50,779 nucleotides of DNA from Polyangiales bacterium (GCA_045106895.1 JBGCFM010000005.1:1-50779), one strand, 5' to 3'; positions 25,469-35,111 are shown, numbered from the stretch's first letter. Translations and numbers: made by a program. Notes: generated from the sequence alone by a model not told the origin.

Positions 25469-27906
25469 CCCGCCTACTCCCGCTTCTCCTCGTTCTCTTT
25501 GGCTGCGCCACAACCACGGCGACGGGCGCATTTAGCTACCGTTTTGCGGACAACCGTGCCGAAGACCTTGAACCTATTCTTGAGGCCCTTCCTTCGCCAA
25601 GCGCACCCGCGGTGGCAAACGCGAGCGGCTCTCCGTTGGTGGTCGCGACGACGACGAGTGACACTCCGGAAGTCATCGCCATCGATGTTCAATCCGGTCA
25701 AGTTCGTTGGCGCACTGCCCTCGACGCATACTCGCGGCCAGAGGTGCATGGCGATGTCGTGATGACCAGCGACCGCACAAACGTCGTGGCGCTCGATCTT
25801 GGCAGCGGCCAAGAGCTCTGGCGGAAACCACTCAACTCTCTCGTCTACGTCGGCTGCGCTCGATCCGCCAACGTCGTCTCGTGCGTTTCAAGTCTAGGCG
25901 CCAGCGGCGGTGAGCAACGCGAGGGCCGAATCGAGGCCGTCGACGCCCGAAGCGGGCAGCGCCTTTGGCTTCATGAGATCACTGGCGTACTCGGAAAACC
26001 AGCCGCCGAAGCCAATCTCTTCTTGGTTCCCTGGGACCGACAGAACATCGCAATTTTGAATGCCCAGACGGGCGTGGAGCAGGCGCGACTTCGATCGAAT
26101 GACGACGTCATCGCGTGGGTTGAGTCTCGCCCGGAGGGTGTTTTCTACGGTCACCGAGCCATCTACCGCCTCGGACCAGGGTCGGCGACGGGCAACAAGG
26201 AAGACGCGTTCCACCGTCCTCATCCGCTGCCAGATCTCCCACGCGAACCCGAACTCCACGACGACGCGTTCTACCCAAACCCGGGTCGTCGCTCGGCCCG
26301 CGGCCGCATCCGGGTCTACTTCGCTCCGGAAGCGCAGGGCGAGAGCCCCGTGTCCGTCGTCGGCGAGATGTTCTACTACGTCTACTACCGCTACGTATTT
26401 GCGTATGACGGCGAAGGAACGATCCGCTGGGCGCACAAGCTGAGCCAAGACGTGATCAACGCCGAGGTGACCCCATCCGGCTTGCTCACCGTCGGCGAGC
26501 AAGGCGCATTCATCCTGCTCGGCGCAGAAACCGGCGCGGAACTTTGGTCCGGTGGACTTGAAGACACCACACTTGGGAGCGCTGGCATCGATGCGTCGAA
26601 CTTCTCCGTACCCGCCGGCGCCGGCGAAGCGCAGGACCTGCGCACGTCACTGGCGGAGATCATCGGAGACCCCGACAACCGCCTTGTCGCGGCCCGCGCT
26701 CACGCCGTTGGCCTGCTCTCCGCTCTGGATGCACCAGAGATCAGCCAAGACCTTCTCGACCTCTACATCCAGCGTTCAACGCCCGGTGCACTTCGGGAAG
26801 CAATCGGAACGGCCCTGCAGTCCCGCGCCATCGGAACCGAGTTCCTCGTCTCGGCGTTGGACCAGCACTTCAACTACCTCGAAGAGACCCCCGTTCCGCC
26901 CTTCGCGCTCATTATCCCCGCGCTTCTGCAGCAAGAGGTTCGTGACGCCGTCTCCGGACTCGTCTCCCACCTCATGGATCATGAGACGCCCATCGAGGTC
27001 ATGCCCCTCGTCGCCCGCGCCATTGTGGACCTTGGCGATGAAAGTGTCGTTCCCCCGCTCGAAGCGTTCTTGGTTCGCTACCAGGCAGACTCCACGTTTG
27101 CGGAAGCACCACAGACGCTCGCCGTCGTCGCCGAAGGTTTGTTCCGCCACGGCGGTGACGATGGTCGCACGATGATTCGCGCGGTTGCTGCAGCTTCACA
27201 CACCAGCGAAGAGCTGAGCGGCGCGATTCAAGGGCTCTTCGACCGAGAAGCCGCCGCGGCCGACGCGACGGCAGCAGCCGAAGCGACGGCAGCAGCCGAA
27301 GCGGCGCGAGCGGCCGCGGCCGCTGAGCGTGCAGCGCGGCCCGACCGCTTGAGCCAAGCACAGATCAACGAGGTCTTCGCGGCACAGACGGAGGCACTAC
27401 GCACCTGTGTCGAAGCAGAGCTGGAGCGTAACCCTCGCCTCGGACAGCTTCGCTTTGTGTTCATCATCGAGAACACCGGTCAGACACGCGACATGCGCTA
27501 CACGCCGAACACGCCGGAGCTTCAGACCTGTCTCGCGCCGACCGTCGACGCCCTCGTCTTTCCACGTTTCCAAGACCGCCGTCAGCGCGCTCGCTTCGTG
27601 GTCAACCTCCGCGCTGCATCCTCGGAAGCCGCTGCCGGCGACGAGATCGACGACAGCAACTGGTGGTCCATCAACGAACGACGAGGAGCTTCTGCGGATA
27701 GCGCCCTTGGCCGACCTTGGTGGCAGCCACGAACCGTGGCCGGCGCCGTAGAGACGCCGGACGCGCCCCCAGAGACCCCTGAAGGTGGCGAGACTCCTCC
27801 CGAAGGTGGCGAGACTCCTCCTGAAGGCGGCGAGACTCCTCCCGAAGGCGGCGAGACTCCTCCCGAAGGCGACGGCGGCGAGATGTGGTGGTTGCCTGAG
27901 GAGTAG
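25465..27906 (+). CDS. Lipoprotein with PQQ beta-propeller, HEAT-like region, AgmX/PglI C-terminal domain and repeat tail
   Basis: LFG|C lipobox; AIDVQSGQVRW and ALDLGSGQELW; LSQAQINEVF...LRTC...NPRLGQLRFVF...TCL...LVFPRF; ATGA overlap with the HEAT gene. Confidence 0.75.
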   Translation: MTRLLPLLLVLFGCATTTATGAFSYRFADNRAEDLEPILEALPSPSAPAVANASGSPLVVATTTSDTPEVIAIDVQSGQVRWRTALDAYSRPEVHGDVVMTSDRTNVVALDLGSGQELWRKPLNSLVYVGCARSANVVSCVSSLGASGGEQREGRIEAVDARSGQRLWLHEITGVLGKPAAEANLFLVPWDRQNIAILNAQTGVEQARLRSNDDVIAWVESRPEGVFYGHRAIYRLGPGSATGNKEDAFHRPHPLPDLPREPELHDDAFYPNPGRRSARGRIRVYFAPEAQGESPVSVVGEMFYYVYYRYVFAYDGEGTIRWAHKLSQDVINAEVTPSGLLTVGEQGAFILLGAETGAELWSGGLEDTTLGSAGIDASNFSVPAGAGEAQDLRTSLAEIIGDPDNRLVAARAHAVGLLSALDAPEISQDLLDLYIQRSTPGALREAIGTALQSRAIGTEFLVSALDQHFNYLEETPVPPFALIIPALLQQEVRDAVSGLVSHLMDHETPIEVMPLVARAIVDLGDESVVPPLEAFLVRYQADSTFAEAPQTLAVVAEGLFRHGGDDGRTMIRAVAAASHTSEELSGAIQGLFDREAAAADATAAAEATAAAEAARAAAAAERAARPDRLSQAQINEVFAAQTEALRTCVEAELERNPRLGQLRFVFIIENTGQTRDMRYTPNTPELQTCLAPTVDALVFPRFQDRRQRARFVVNLRAASSEAAAGDEIDDSNWWSINERRGASADSALGRPWWQPRTVAGAVETPDAPPETPEGGETPPEGGETPPEGGETPPEGGETPPEGDGGEMWWLPEE
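27781..27870 (+). repeat. 21-bp tandem repeat, about 4.3 copies, encoding EGGETPP
   Basis: GAAGGYGGCGAGACTCCTCCY repeated in tandem. Confidence 0.95.
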
Positions 27907-27921
27907 GTAACTCGCGCGGTG

Positions 27922-28674
27922 CTAGCGCTCTTTCAAGAGCGCCTGCATCACACGACGACTGCTGGCGTCTAGCTCTTCGTCGAATCGGTCGGGATGAAAC
28001 GATGCGGCCAAGCGTCGGCGCTGCTTGCCGCTGGCGAGGGCTTTTCCCCGAGCCAGGGCCTGTTTCGCGCGAAGTAGGTCCGAGTGGTTGCCTGCGCGCG
28101 CGCGGGACCGAACAAGGCCCAGGTCACGCCAAGCGACCAGGGTCTTGAGCGCGGGATGACCGCCCGCGAGGGGAACGATTTCTTCGCCGCGAGAGCCCGG
28201 GAGTCTCTTGAGAACCCCGTAGAGCGCAGCCTCGTGGCTGGAAAGCGGAGCCCGTTCCAGTTCTTCGCCGAGAGGGCCGAGGCGCCATGGTGATGAAAGC
28301 ACCCGCCCGGCTTGCCCTCCCAGCGGCAGCTGCCGCGCCATGGCCACCACGAGGTCGATGGCGGGCATCGGCTCAAGCATCACGGCCTTGGTGCCTTCAA
28401 ACGGCGTGGCAAGGAAGCGGGCAGTGATCTCTTTGCTCGCTGCGAAGGACGCGAGGTGCCGCACCAAATAGCGCCGCTGAGCCAGTGACGTCTGCCCCGC
28501 TGTGTGCTTCGAATCACGAGTCGAGGAACGACGCTCCTCGTAGGCGCACAAGACGCCGGCCTCGAAGAGGAGGCGCGTGCTCTTCGCCGGTGAGCGAACA
28601 AGCATCCAGCCGTCCGCCTTTGCGCGGGCAACGCGAAGTAACGTTCGTCCCAGGACTCCTAGCGCGCGTGGCAT
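27922..28674 (-). CDS. DUF4388-like protein with a degenerate C-terminal J-domain (HPD)
   Basis: N-terminal LLRVARAKADGWMLV...LLFEAG; C-terminal RRRLAASFHPDRF. Confidence 0.5.
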   Translation of the reverse strand: MPRALGVLGRTLLRVARAKADGWMLVRSPAKSTRLLFEAGVLCAYEERRSSTRDSKHTAGQTSLAQRRYLVRHLASFAASKEITARFLATPFEGTKAVMLEPMPAIDLVVAMARQLPLGGQAGRVLSSPWRLGPLGEELERAPLSSHEAALYGVLKRLPGSRGEEIVPLAGGHPALKTLVAWRDLGLVRSRARAGNHSDLLRAKQALARGKALASGKQRRRLAASFHPDRFDEELDASSRRVMQALLKER

Positions 28675-28718
28675 AAGACACGCCTATCGCGAAGAGGCCT
28701 CGGGGCGCCACAAATCTG

Positions 28719-29663
28719 CTAGCGCGTCTCAGCCGAGACCACGCCACGAACGCTCGCAACACGGCGAGCCAAGGCTCCGACGCTCACCCCGTGTCTCACC
28801 GCGACGCTTCGCTGAGACTCCCCGTTTCCGCTCAGGTAGTCGATGGCGCCCGCCATCGCGGGAGGGTTCGTCCACGTCGAGTCGGCGTCCGCGAAACTCG
28901 CCGCGAGCGACAGTGCCGCGTCCACATCTTGGGCGCGCGTCTGAAGCCGTGAGAGCACCTCGCTCCAAGCGCTAGGTCGCGTGTCCTCCGAACGCGTACG
29001 TGTCACGTCGGGGAGTGGGAGCGGGCTCGGCGGGGGTGATTGTTCGAGGGGGGATGGCGCGCTCGCCGGCGCGCCAGCCCGAATCCACTCCAGTAGGTTT
29101 CGATGACTCGCTTCGTCGGGGGCGCGCCCAGCGGCCTCCTCGGCGAGCGTCTCAGCCTCCGCGAGGCGACCCGCACGAGCCAGACCATGTGCGTAGGACG
29201 CCGTGATCTCGTGATTGGAGGGGGCGAGCCGATGCGCGCGCTCTAGATACGTGATGGCTCTCTCCGACACGCCCATCGCGACGTCGAGGAAATGACCCAC
29301 GTTGTGATGGTAGCCCGCCACATCTGGCGCCAGGGCAATGGCCCGCTCGTACGAGGTGACGGCCATTCGAAAGTTGGCGAGGAGCGCCTGGCACAACCCC
29401 ATCAAGGCGTGTGCAGAGTGATCGTTTGGGCGTCCGGCGATGACCTTCCGCAGGTGGAGAGCGGCGTTCCACGGAGAACGCTCGAGCTGGAGCGTTGCGA
29501 GTTCATGATGTGCAAAGAGCGCGTCGTCGCTCCCTTCGAGCGCGACAGATGCGAGTCGCTCGAGGAGCTGCTCCGCCTCGATGGGAAACTTCGTGTTCTC
29601 GAGAGATTCCACCGCTCGGCGACGTAGCAGCGCGACTCGGGACTCAGGGTTTGTCACCGTCAC
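28719..29663 (-). CDS. TPR protein with C-terminal HTH/cyclin-like domain
   Basis: TPRs (AHALMGLCQALLANFRMAVTSYERAIALAP), Pro linker, ESQRSVAVRHGVSVGALARR. Confidence 0.7.
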   Translation of the reverse strand: MTVTNPESRVALLRRRAVESLENTKFPIEAEQLLERLASVALEGSDDALFAHHELATLQLERSPWNAALHLRKVIAGRPNDHSAHALMGLCQALLANFRMAVTSYERAIALAPDVAGYHHNVGHFLDVAMGVSERAITYLERAHRLAPSNHEITASYAHGLARAGRLAEAETLAEEAAGRAPDEASHRNLLEWIRAGAPASAPSPLEQSPPPSPLPLPDVTRTRSEDTRPSAWSEVLSRLQTRAQDVDAALSLAASFADADSTWTNPPAMAGAIDYLSGNGESQRSVAVRHGVSVGALARRVASVRGVVSAETR

Positions 29664-29746
29664 CCTTCCTCCGTCTCGTACAGTGCGCGCAAAAAATCAC
29701 GACGAACGTATAGTCGCCGGAGGTCTCCCTCGCAATCAACGGCCCT

Positions 29747-30469
29747 TCAGAGTCGTTCGACAATGGCGACGAGAAACCCGCCAAAATAGCGAAGCCGAGA
29801 CATCACACTTCGACGCTCAAGAGCCGCCAGTGCTTGTCCGATCACTGGCACGCGGTGTGCCGCGGCGGCCGGCGTCACGACACGAACACCACGAAGATCC
29901 ACAAGCTTGGTTCCGGCGGGCAACAACCGCTCGATGACCCAAGGCGGATCCCAACGTGTGAATAGGTCCGACTCGTTCTTCGCGTCACCGATGGCGCCTG
30001 GTCCCGCCAATCGCTTGGCGAGATAACGAAGGCTCAAGGGGTTGTAGAACTCGACGGCCATGTGACCACCGGGCCTGGTTACTCGGGCCGCTTCCGCCAG
30101 CGCCCGCCCAATTTGTTCGACGTGGGCGAGGACTTTGAAGCTGTACACAAGGTCGAAGCTTGCGTCCTCGTAGGGCAGCTTGGTGACGCTTCCGAGCTCG
30201 ACGTCCAAGCCTCGCTCTCGGGCTTTTTCCAGCATGCCAGGCGAGATGTCGATGCCGCGAGCGCTCGACGCGACCTTGGCCACCTCCTGCAGAATGAGGC
30301 CGGTCCCACACCCGAGTTCAAGACAGTCCTTTCCTCGCGCGTAGGGCAACACCAAGCCCGTCTCGATTTCGTCGATGAGCGCGTGATAGCCCGCCTCGCG
30401 CCCTCTTTCGTAGGTCGCCGAGAAATGGTCGTAGTAGTCCGCTGCGTCGTTCTTCTTCATCGTTTTCAT
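29747..30469 (-). CDS. Class I SAM-dependent methyltransferase
   Basis: LELGCGTG, GIDISPGML, LPYEDASFDLV, RVTRPGG. Confidence 0.9.
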   Translation of the reverse strand: MKTMKKNDAADYYDHFSATYERGREAGYHALIDEIETGLVLPYARGKDCLELGCGTGLILQEVAKVASSARGIDISPGMLEKARERGLDVELGSVTKLPYEDASFDLVYSFKVLAHVEQIGRALAEAARVTRPGGHMAVEFYNPLSLRYLAKRLAGPGAIGDAKNESDLFTRWDPPWVIERLLPAGTKLVDLRGVRVVTPAAAAHRVPVIGQALAALERRSVMSRLRYFGGFLVAIVERL

Positions 30470-31548
30470 CGTTCGCCCAAGACCTCGTCGTACAACGCTT
30501 CGTATTGGTTCGCTACGTGGCCCGCGGCGAAGCGCTCTCGAACGTACGCCGCGCCCCGTTCGCCGAGCGCCGCTCCGCCGGACAGTGCCGCCGTGATCGA
30601 GGCTCGTACTCCCTGCACGGAAGGTTCTGAGATGATCGCCCCCCCCTCCACGAGCTCCTCAGCAGGGGTGCCCGCCCCGACGACCACAGGTTGGCCCATG
30701 GACATCGCTTCAAGGATGACGAGCGGGTAGTCCATCTTCGCGTAGAGCGAGGTGCCCGGGAGCAGCACCGCATCGGCGCAGCCAAGCAAGGCGTGAATAC
30801 GAGGCGTCTCGCCGACCCACGTCGCGTTCCCGCGCCTGCGAAGCTGCGCCTCCACCTCCGCGGCTCGTGGGGTCTTGCTCCGGCAAGCCATCACAAGTTG
30901 AACATCCATATCCTGACAGGCCGCCAGACACAGCTCCGCGCCGCCGCCAAACTCAAGGTCTCCCGCGTAGATGACAAGCGCCTTGTCCGGGTCCAGCCCC
31001 AGGGCCACGCGCTCGCGAGTGCGCTCGGCTTTCGAAAGTGCGTCGAGGGCCGGAAGCGCCGGGACGATTCGTCGAAGCCGCTTGGGCGGGAAACCCGCTT
31101 GGAGCAAACGTGCCTCGGTGTGTTTCGAGAGCACGACGACACGGTCGGCGAAGAGGCTCGAACGCCAGCTGCCGAAGTCCTTCGGCGCAGAACAAATTGT
31201 ATGGACCGAAGGGACCCGGCGTAGCGCTCGCGTGAGATGGCCTGCGAAACCGGTACGTGGGTTGGGCGCGAAGAAAAAGTGCCAGAGCGCGTGGGAGCGG
31301 TCTTTCAATAAGTACCGAAGGACGCGGGCGTTCTCCCGCAACGCTGGCGCGAAGCCGCCCTTCCCTGAACTTCCACCTGAACTGCCGTAAATGGCCGCTC
31401 CGACAGGATTTGAGGCCGAAACCATGGTCGTTCCGAGGTAGGAGCGCAGATACGAATCCACATCCCGCACCAGATTCTTGGAACTGTCGTTCCAGGGGGG
31501 CTCCACGGGCTTGCTCACAAAAAGCACCCGTCTACGCGCGTTTCCCAT
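30466..31548 (-). CDS. Glycosyltransferase family 4 (GT-B)
   Basis: RVLFVSKP, YAGDL, ADAVLLP, PLVILEAMSMGQPVV, YEALY. Start reassigned to ATG 31548; ATGA overlap with the methyltransferase. Confidence 0.85.
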   Translation of the reverse strand: MGNARRRVLFVSKPVEPPWNDSSKNLVRDVDSYLRSYLGTTMVSASNPVGAAIYGSSGGSSGKGGFAPALRENARVLRYLLKDRSHALWHFFFAPNPRTGFAGHLTRALRRVPSVHTICSAPKDFGSWRSSLFADRVVVLSKHTEARLLQAGFPPKRLRRIVPALPALDALSKAERTRERVALGLDPDKALVIYAGDLEFGGGAELCLAACQDMDVQLVMACRSKTPRAAEVEAQLRRRGNATWVGETPRIHALLGCADAVLLPGTSLYAKMDYPLVILEAMSMGQPVVVGAGTPAEELVEGGAIISEPSVQGVRASITAALSGGAALGERGAAYVRERFAAGHVANQYEALYDEVLGER

Positions 31549-31595
31549 GAGCAACCCTGGCCCGGACCGAGCCCGGCGTCGACCTGGCGGGCCCG

Positions 31596-31624
31596 TTGAC
31601 CCACGGACCCCAAGATCGTACCAC
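31596..31624 (+). promoter_or_regulatory. Putative sigma70 promoter for a leaderless transcript
   Basis: TTGACC-17 nt-TACCAC, 6 nt before ATG 31631. Confidence 0.45.
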
Positions 31625-31630
31625 CGAGAG

Positions 31631-32092
31631 ATGAGCGATTCCGAGCGACCCAGTGCTGCGCCCCCGGCCGATGGCGCTGAAGAGGGAGGCGAAGGCCGCA
31701 AGCGCTTGGAAGGTCTCTTCCGTGAGGCGGTTCGCAAAGCCGTGGAAAAAGGCGTCGAAGCCGGCGTTGGCACCTTCACGAAGGCCGACAAGGCCGTGCG
31801 CGGTGTCGCCTCGGACATCCCTTTGCCGAAAGAGGTCGTCACCTACGTTTTCAGTCAGATCGACGAGACGAAGAACGGCCTCATCCGCGTCGTTGCCGGC
31901 GAAGTTCGAGAGTTCCTCGACGCCACGGACCTGGCCGGAGAGCTGCAGCGAGCGCTCACGAGCCTGTCCTTCGAGATGAAGACCGAAGTGCGCTTCATTC
32001 CCAACGACGCCGGCGGAATTCGTCCAAGCGTGAAGGTGGGCGCGGTCCCCCGCGTGAAACGCTCCAAGGACAACTCCGACGAAAACGAGTAG
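31631..32092 (+). CDS. Hypothetical amphipathic helical protein
   Basis: Good codon pattern; REAVRKAVEKG...LPKEVVTYVFSQIDETKNGLIRVVAGEVREFL...EMKTEVRF. Confidence 0.7.
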   Translation: MSDSERPSAAPPADGAEEGGEGRKRLEGLFREAVRKAVEKGVEAGVGTFTKADKAVRGVASDIPLPKEVVTYVFSQIDETKNGLIRVVAGEVREFLDATDLAGELQRALTSLSFEMKTEVRFIPNDAGGIRPSVKVGAVPRVKRSKDNSDENE

Positions 32093-32120
32093 CGAACGTT
32101 AGGCCACGCCCGGCGTCGAG

Positions 32121-33116
32121 CTAGTGCCCCTGGCGCTGACGCATTCCCGTCCAGTTTCGGGGATCGAAGCGACCGTTCTCTCGTTCCCGCTCAGGCATAT
32201 TGATCTCGCTGGGCCCTGGGCTCGCCTCGCGGCCGATGGTCTCCGGGTCGACTCCCTCTGGCATCCGCGGCGGGGTGGCTCGCGCCACGGAGGCGCCGCC
32301 AGCGACCCGGCGAATTCGAACACGCGTGACGACGATGGGTGTGACCGGCCGGTTGTCTTCAACCTGTGGAACTCGGGCCATTCGTTCGATGGTCTCCACC
32401 TGTGGGCAGCGACCGAAGATGGTGAACTGGTCGTCTTCATCAAGCTGTGGCGCGGGGCCGTCGGTGACGAACCACTGCGCGCCGTTCTGGTCCTCACCGG
32501 CGCTGGCCATGCAGAGCAGGCCTGCTTGGTCATGGGCGAGGTCCGAATGGGGCTCATCGTCGATGGTGTAGCCAACGGTGCCGGTTCCATCGTTCAGGTA
32601 GTCGCCCCCCTGGACCATGTAGTCTGGGACCACTTTGAAGATCTCGGTTCGCTCATACGCGGGAGCGTTTCGCCACTCCCCGGCACGGGCGTCCCACCAG
32701 GCACGCTTTCCGCGCGCCAAACCGATGAAGTTGGCGACGGTGTTCGGCACTTTGTCCGCGTAGAGATCGCAGAAAAACGTGCCGAAGGTCGTGTTGATCT
32801 CCGCCACGAGCTGTCCATCCGTCGGCATGCCCTCCACGGCCTCTTCCAGGGTAAATGACCCATTGTGCGGATCCGGCGAGTTGGGCTCCCGGATGAGGTT
32901 TGAGTGGGTCGGCGCCGTCGACTCTGCCCGCCGGGGTGCGTGGATGACCTCCACTCCGTTGACCGTGGGCCTCTGGGCGTTGTTTGGGGCGTTTGCCACC
33001 GAGCCACGTTGCTCCAGCCCGGACCCGGCGCCTTCGCTCTCTTCGCAGCCTTCACACCCCACAAGGCCGAAGACGAGAGAAACGCTGAGAAATGAAGTGT
33101 AAATCGAGGTTCGCAT
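32121..33116 (-). CDS. Cyclophilin-type peptidyl-prolyl isomerase lipoprotein
   Basis: LVG|C lipobox; LYADKVPNTVANFIGLA, MVQGGD, GTGTVGY, LCMASAG, FTIFG. Start ATG 33116. Confidence 0.85.
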   Translation of the reverse strand: MRTSIYTSFLSVSLVFGLVGCEGCEESEGAGSGLEQRGSVANAPNNAQRPTVNGVEVIHAPRRAESTAPTHSNLIREPNSPDPHNGSFTLEEAVEGMPTDGQLVAEINTTFGTFFCDLYADKVPNTVANFIGLARGKRAWWDARAGEWRNAPAYERTEIFKVVPDYMVQGGDYLNDGTGTVGYTIDDEPHSDLAHDQAGLLCMASAGEDQNGAQWFVTDGPAPQLDEDDQFTIFGRCPQVETIERMARVPQVEDNRPVTPIVVTRVRIRRVAGGASVARATPPRMPEGVDPETIGREASPGPSEINMPERERENGRFDPRNWTGMRQRQGH

Positions 33117-33237
33117 AAGACCGCTCGTGGTTCCTAGGCGCCAAACACAGTGAGGTTTCAAGTATTCCCAGGTTTTTGGCGCTCGTCGCACTAACACGGT
33201 GGGTGACGGGCCGCCATCGCTCGGCCATGCTTGCGCC

Positions 33238-34752
33238 ATGGTGAGTTCGACGCGGCATTTGGGCTTTGTATCGCTTCTCGGCGCAGGGCCTGGTGATCCT
33301 GGGCTAATTACGTCGCGCGCAGCGCAGCGCCTCCGCGAAGCAGACCTCGTGCTCTACGATGCGCTGGTCCATCCAGCGCTCCTTGAGCAGGCCGCCTCTA
33401 CGGCGGAGCTCCGCTATGTGGGCAAGCGCGCTGGCCGCCAAAACACCCGTCAGGCGGAGATCAACGCAGCCATGGTCGAAGCGGCAAGGGCCGGCAGACG
33501 TGTCGCGCGCCTCAAAGGCGGGGACCCCTACTTGTTCGGCCGTGGAAGCGAAGAGGCGGAAGCCCTCGTCGACGCCGGGGTCCCCTTCGAGGTGGTTCCC
33601 GGTGTGCCCTCCCCCCTGGCCGCTACAGCCTACGCAGGCATCTCGCTCACGCACCGCAACCTCGCCTCGAGCGTTGCCTACCTGACGGCGACGGAGTCCC
33701 CAGAAAAGGACCGTACGAGTCACAACTGGGCGCACTTGGCCACGGCCACCGAGACCCTGGTCATCTTCATGGGGATGCGGAAGCTGCGCGGCTTGATGAA
33801 TCTCCTCGTCGAGAACGGCCGCTCGGCGGACACCCCGGCAGCGGTGATTCACGCGGCGTCGACCCCCTCGCAGAAGACCGTCGTCGCGACGGTTGGCACC
33901 CTCGCCGACGCCGCGGAAGGGCTCGGCCTGCCGTCGCTCATTGTGGTGGGCCGCGTCGTCACGCTCCGCGACCATCTCCGGTGGTTCGACACCCGCCCGC
34001 TCTTTGGTCGTCGCGTGTTGGTCCCTCGCCCATTGCACCAAGGAGGTCAACTCGCCGCCCTTCTCGCAGCTCAGGGGGCCGAGGCGCTCTGCGTGCCTGC
34101 GATCCGACTGCTCCCACCAGAGGACCGCGCGCCCTTGATCGAAGCCTTGGGTCGCCTCGAAGACTACGACTGGACGCTCTTCACAAGCCCGAACGCCGTT
34201 CGTTTCACATTGGATGCGCTTTGGGACCTGGGCGCGGACCTTCGCCGCTTCGGGAAGTCCCGTGTCGCGTGCATCGGGTCGAAAACGCAGGAGGCCCTCG
34301 CTGAGCGCGGTTTGCTTGCGGACCTCGTCGCGACGGACGCCCACGCCGAGGGCTTCGCAGAAGCCCTGCTTCCCCGCTTGGCGCCCGAATCCCGTCTCCT
34401 TCTTCCCCGCGCCAAAGAGGCACGTGAGTTTCTTCCGAACGCACTGCGCGGAGCAGGCCACACCCTCGACATTGTGAGCGCCTACGAGAGGCATGGACCC
34501 ACCGACGAAGGCCGCAAAGAGCTCGCTGACGCGCTCTCCCGCGCGGATGCCGTTGCGCTCAGCTCTTCATCCATGGTCCGGGAGCTGCATCTTTGTGCGC
34601 CTGAAGCTCTCGCCAGCGCGCAGCTCTTCTCCATTGGCCCCGTCACCACCCGGACCGCAGAGAAGCTCGGCTACAGCGTTGCCGCCAGCGCCGAAGAGGC
34701 GTCGATGGAAGCGCTGGTCAGCGCCATCGTCGCGCGCTACGACGAAGCGTGA
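33238..34752 (+). CDS. cobA: Uroporphyrinogen-III C-methyltransferase / uroporphyrinogen-III synthase fusion (CobA-HemD)
   Basis: GAGPGDPGLIT, RLKGGDPYLFGRGSEE, VVPGV; second half PLFGRRVLVPRP, FTSPNAV, IGPVT. Confidence 0.92.
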   Translation: MVSSTRHLGFVSLLGAGPGDPGLITSRAAQRLREADLVLYDALVHPALLEQAASTAELRYVGKRAGRQNTRQAEINAAMVEAARAGRRVARLKGGDPYLFGRGSEEAEALVDAGVPFEVVPGVPSPLAATAYAGISLTHRNLASSVAYLTATESPEKDRTSHNWAHLATATETLVIFMGMRKLRGLMNLLVENGRSADTPAAVIHAASTPSQKTVVATVGTLADAAEGLGLPSLIVVGRVVTLRDHLRWFDTRPLFGRRVLVPRPLHQGGQLAALLAAQGAEALCVPAIRLLPPEDRAPLIEALGRLEDYDWTLFTSPNAVRFTLDALWDLGADLRRFGKSRVACIGSKTQEALAERGLLADLVATDAHAEGFAEALLPRLAPESRLLLPRAKEAREFLPNALRGAGHTLDIVSAYERHGPTDEGRKELADALSRADAVALSSSSMVRELHLCAPEALASAQLFSIGPVTTRTAEKLGYSVAASAEEASMEALVSAIVARYDEA

Positions 34753-35111
34753 TGCGTAGCGCGCTTCTACTTTTTCTTGTGGCTTGCAACGCTGCGGGTG
34801 CGCAAGCGCCCGTCGATGTGGTGCCGCCATGCGCGAGCGTCGAAGGCGACGTCTGGGAGAGCAACCCATGGGCGAGCACTGACCCTAGCTGTGGCTACCT
34901 CGAGTACGCCGGGGAGACGACCTACCGCATCGAACATAGCCTCGGCCGCGTCCCACGAAGCGTAGACCTCTACGTGAGCTTCTCGGCTGCCGGAGACTCC
35001 GTGGCGCCGCCAGCCGGGGACATGGCGCGTATCCAAGAAGTGAGTGATACGCACATCGAGGTTCGAAACCAGACAGACGCAGAGTTCTTTGTGCGCGTCG
35101 TCGCTCGGTGA
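34749..35111 (+). CDS. Small lipoprotein of unknown function
   Basis: LVA|C lipobox; IEHSLGRVP motif; overlaps both neighbours by 4 bp. Confidence 0.6.
   Translation: MMRSALLLFLVACNAAGAQAPVDVVPPCASVEGDVWESNPWASTDPSCGYLEYAGETTYRIEHSLGRVPRSVDLYVSFSAAGDSVAPPAGDMARIQEVSDTHIEVRNQTDAEFFVRVVAR

Noticed and set aside
27781..27870. Tandem repeats as a CRISPR array (also 50618-50779)
   Set aside because: They are head-to-tail 21-bp in-frame coding repeats with no spacers and no cas genes.
29747..31548. GT4 plus methyltransferase as a pilin glycosylation system
   Set aside because: They lie about 11 kb from the pilins with no oligosaccharyltransferase or flippase, so nothing links them.
33138..33182. 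GCGCCAAA...TTTGGCGC inverted repeat between the cyclophilin and cobA; possible cobalamin riboswitch or sigma54 site
   Set aside because: Only 8-bp arms, no riboswitch core motifs or room for one, and no GG-N10-GC spacing on either strand.
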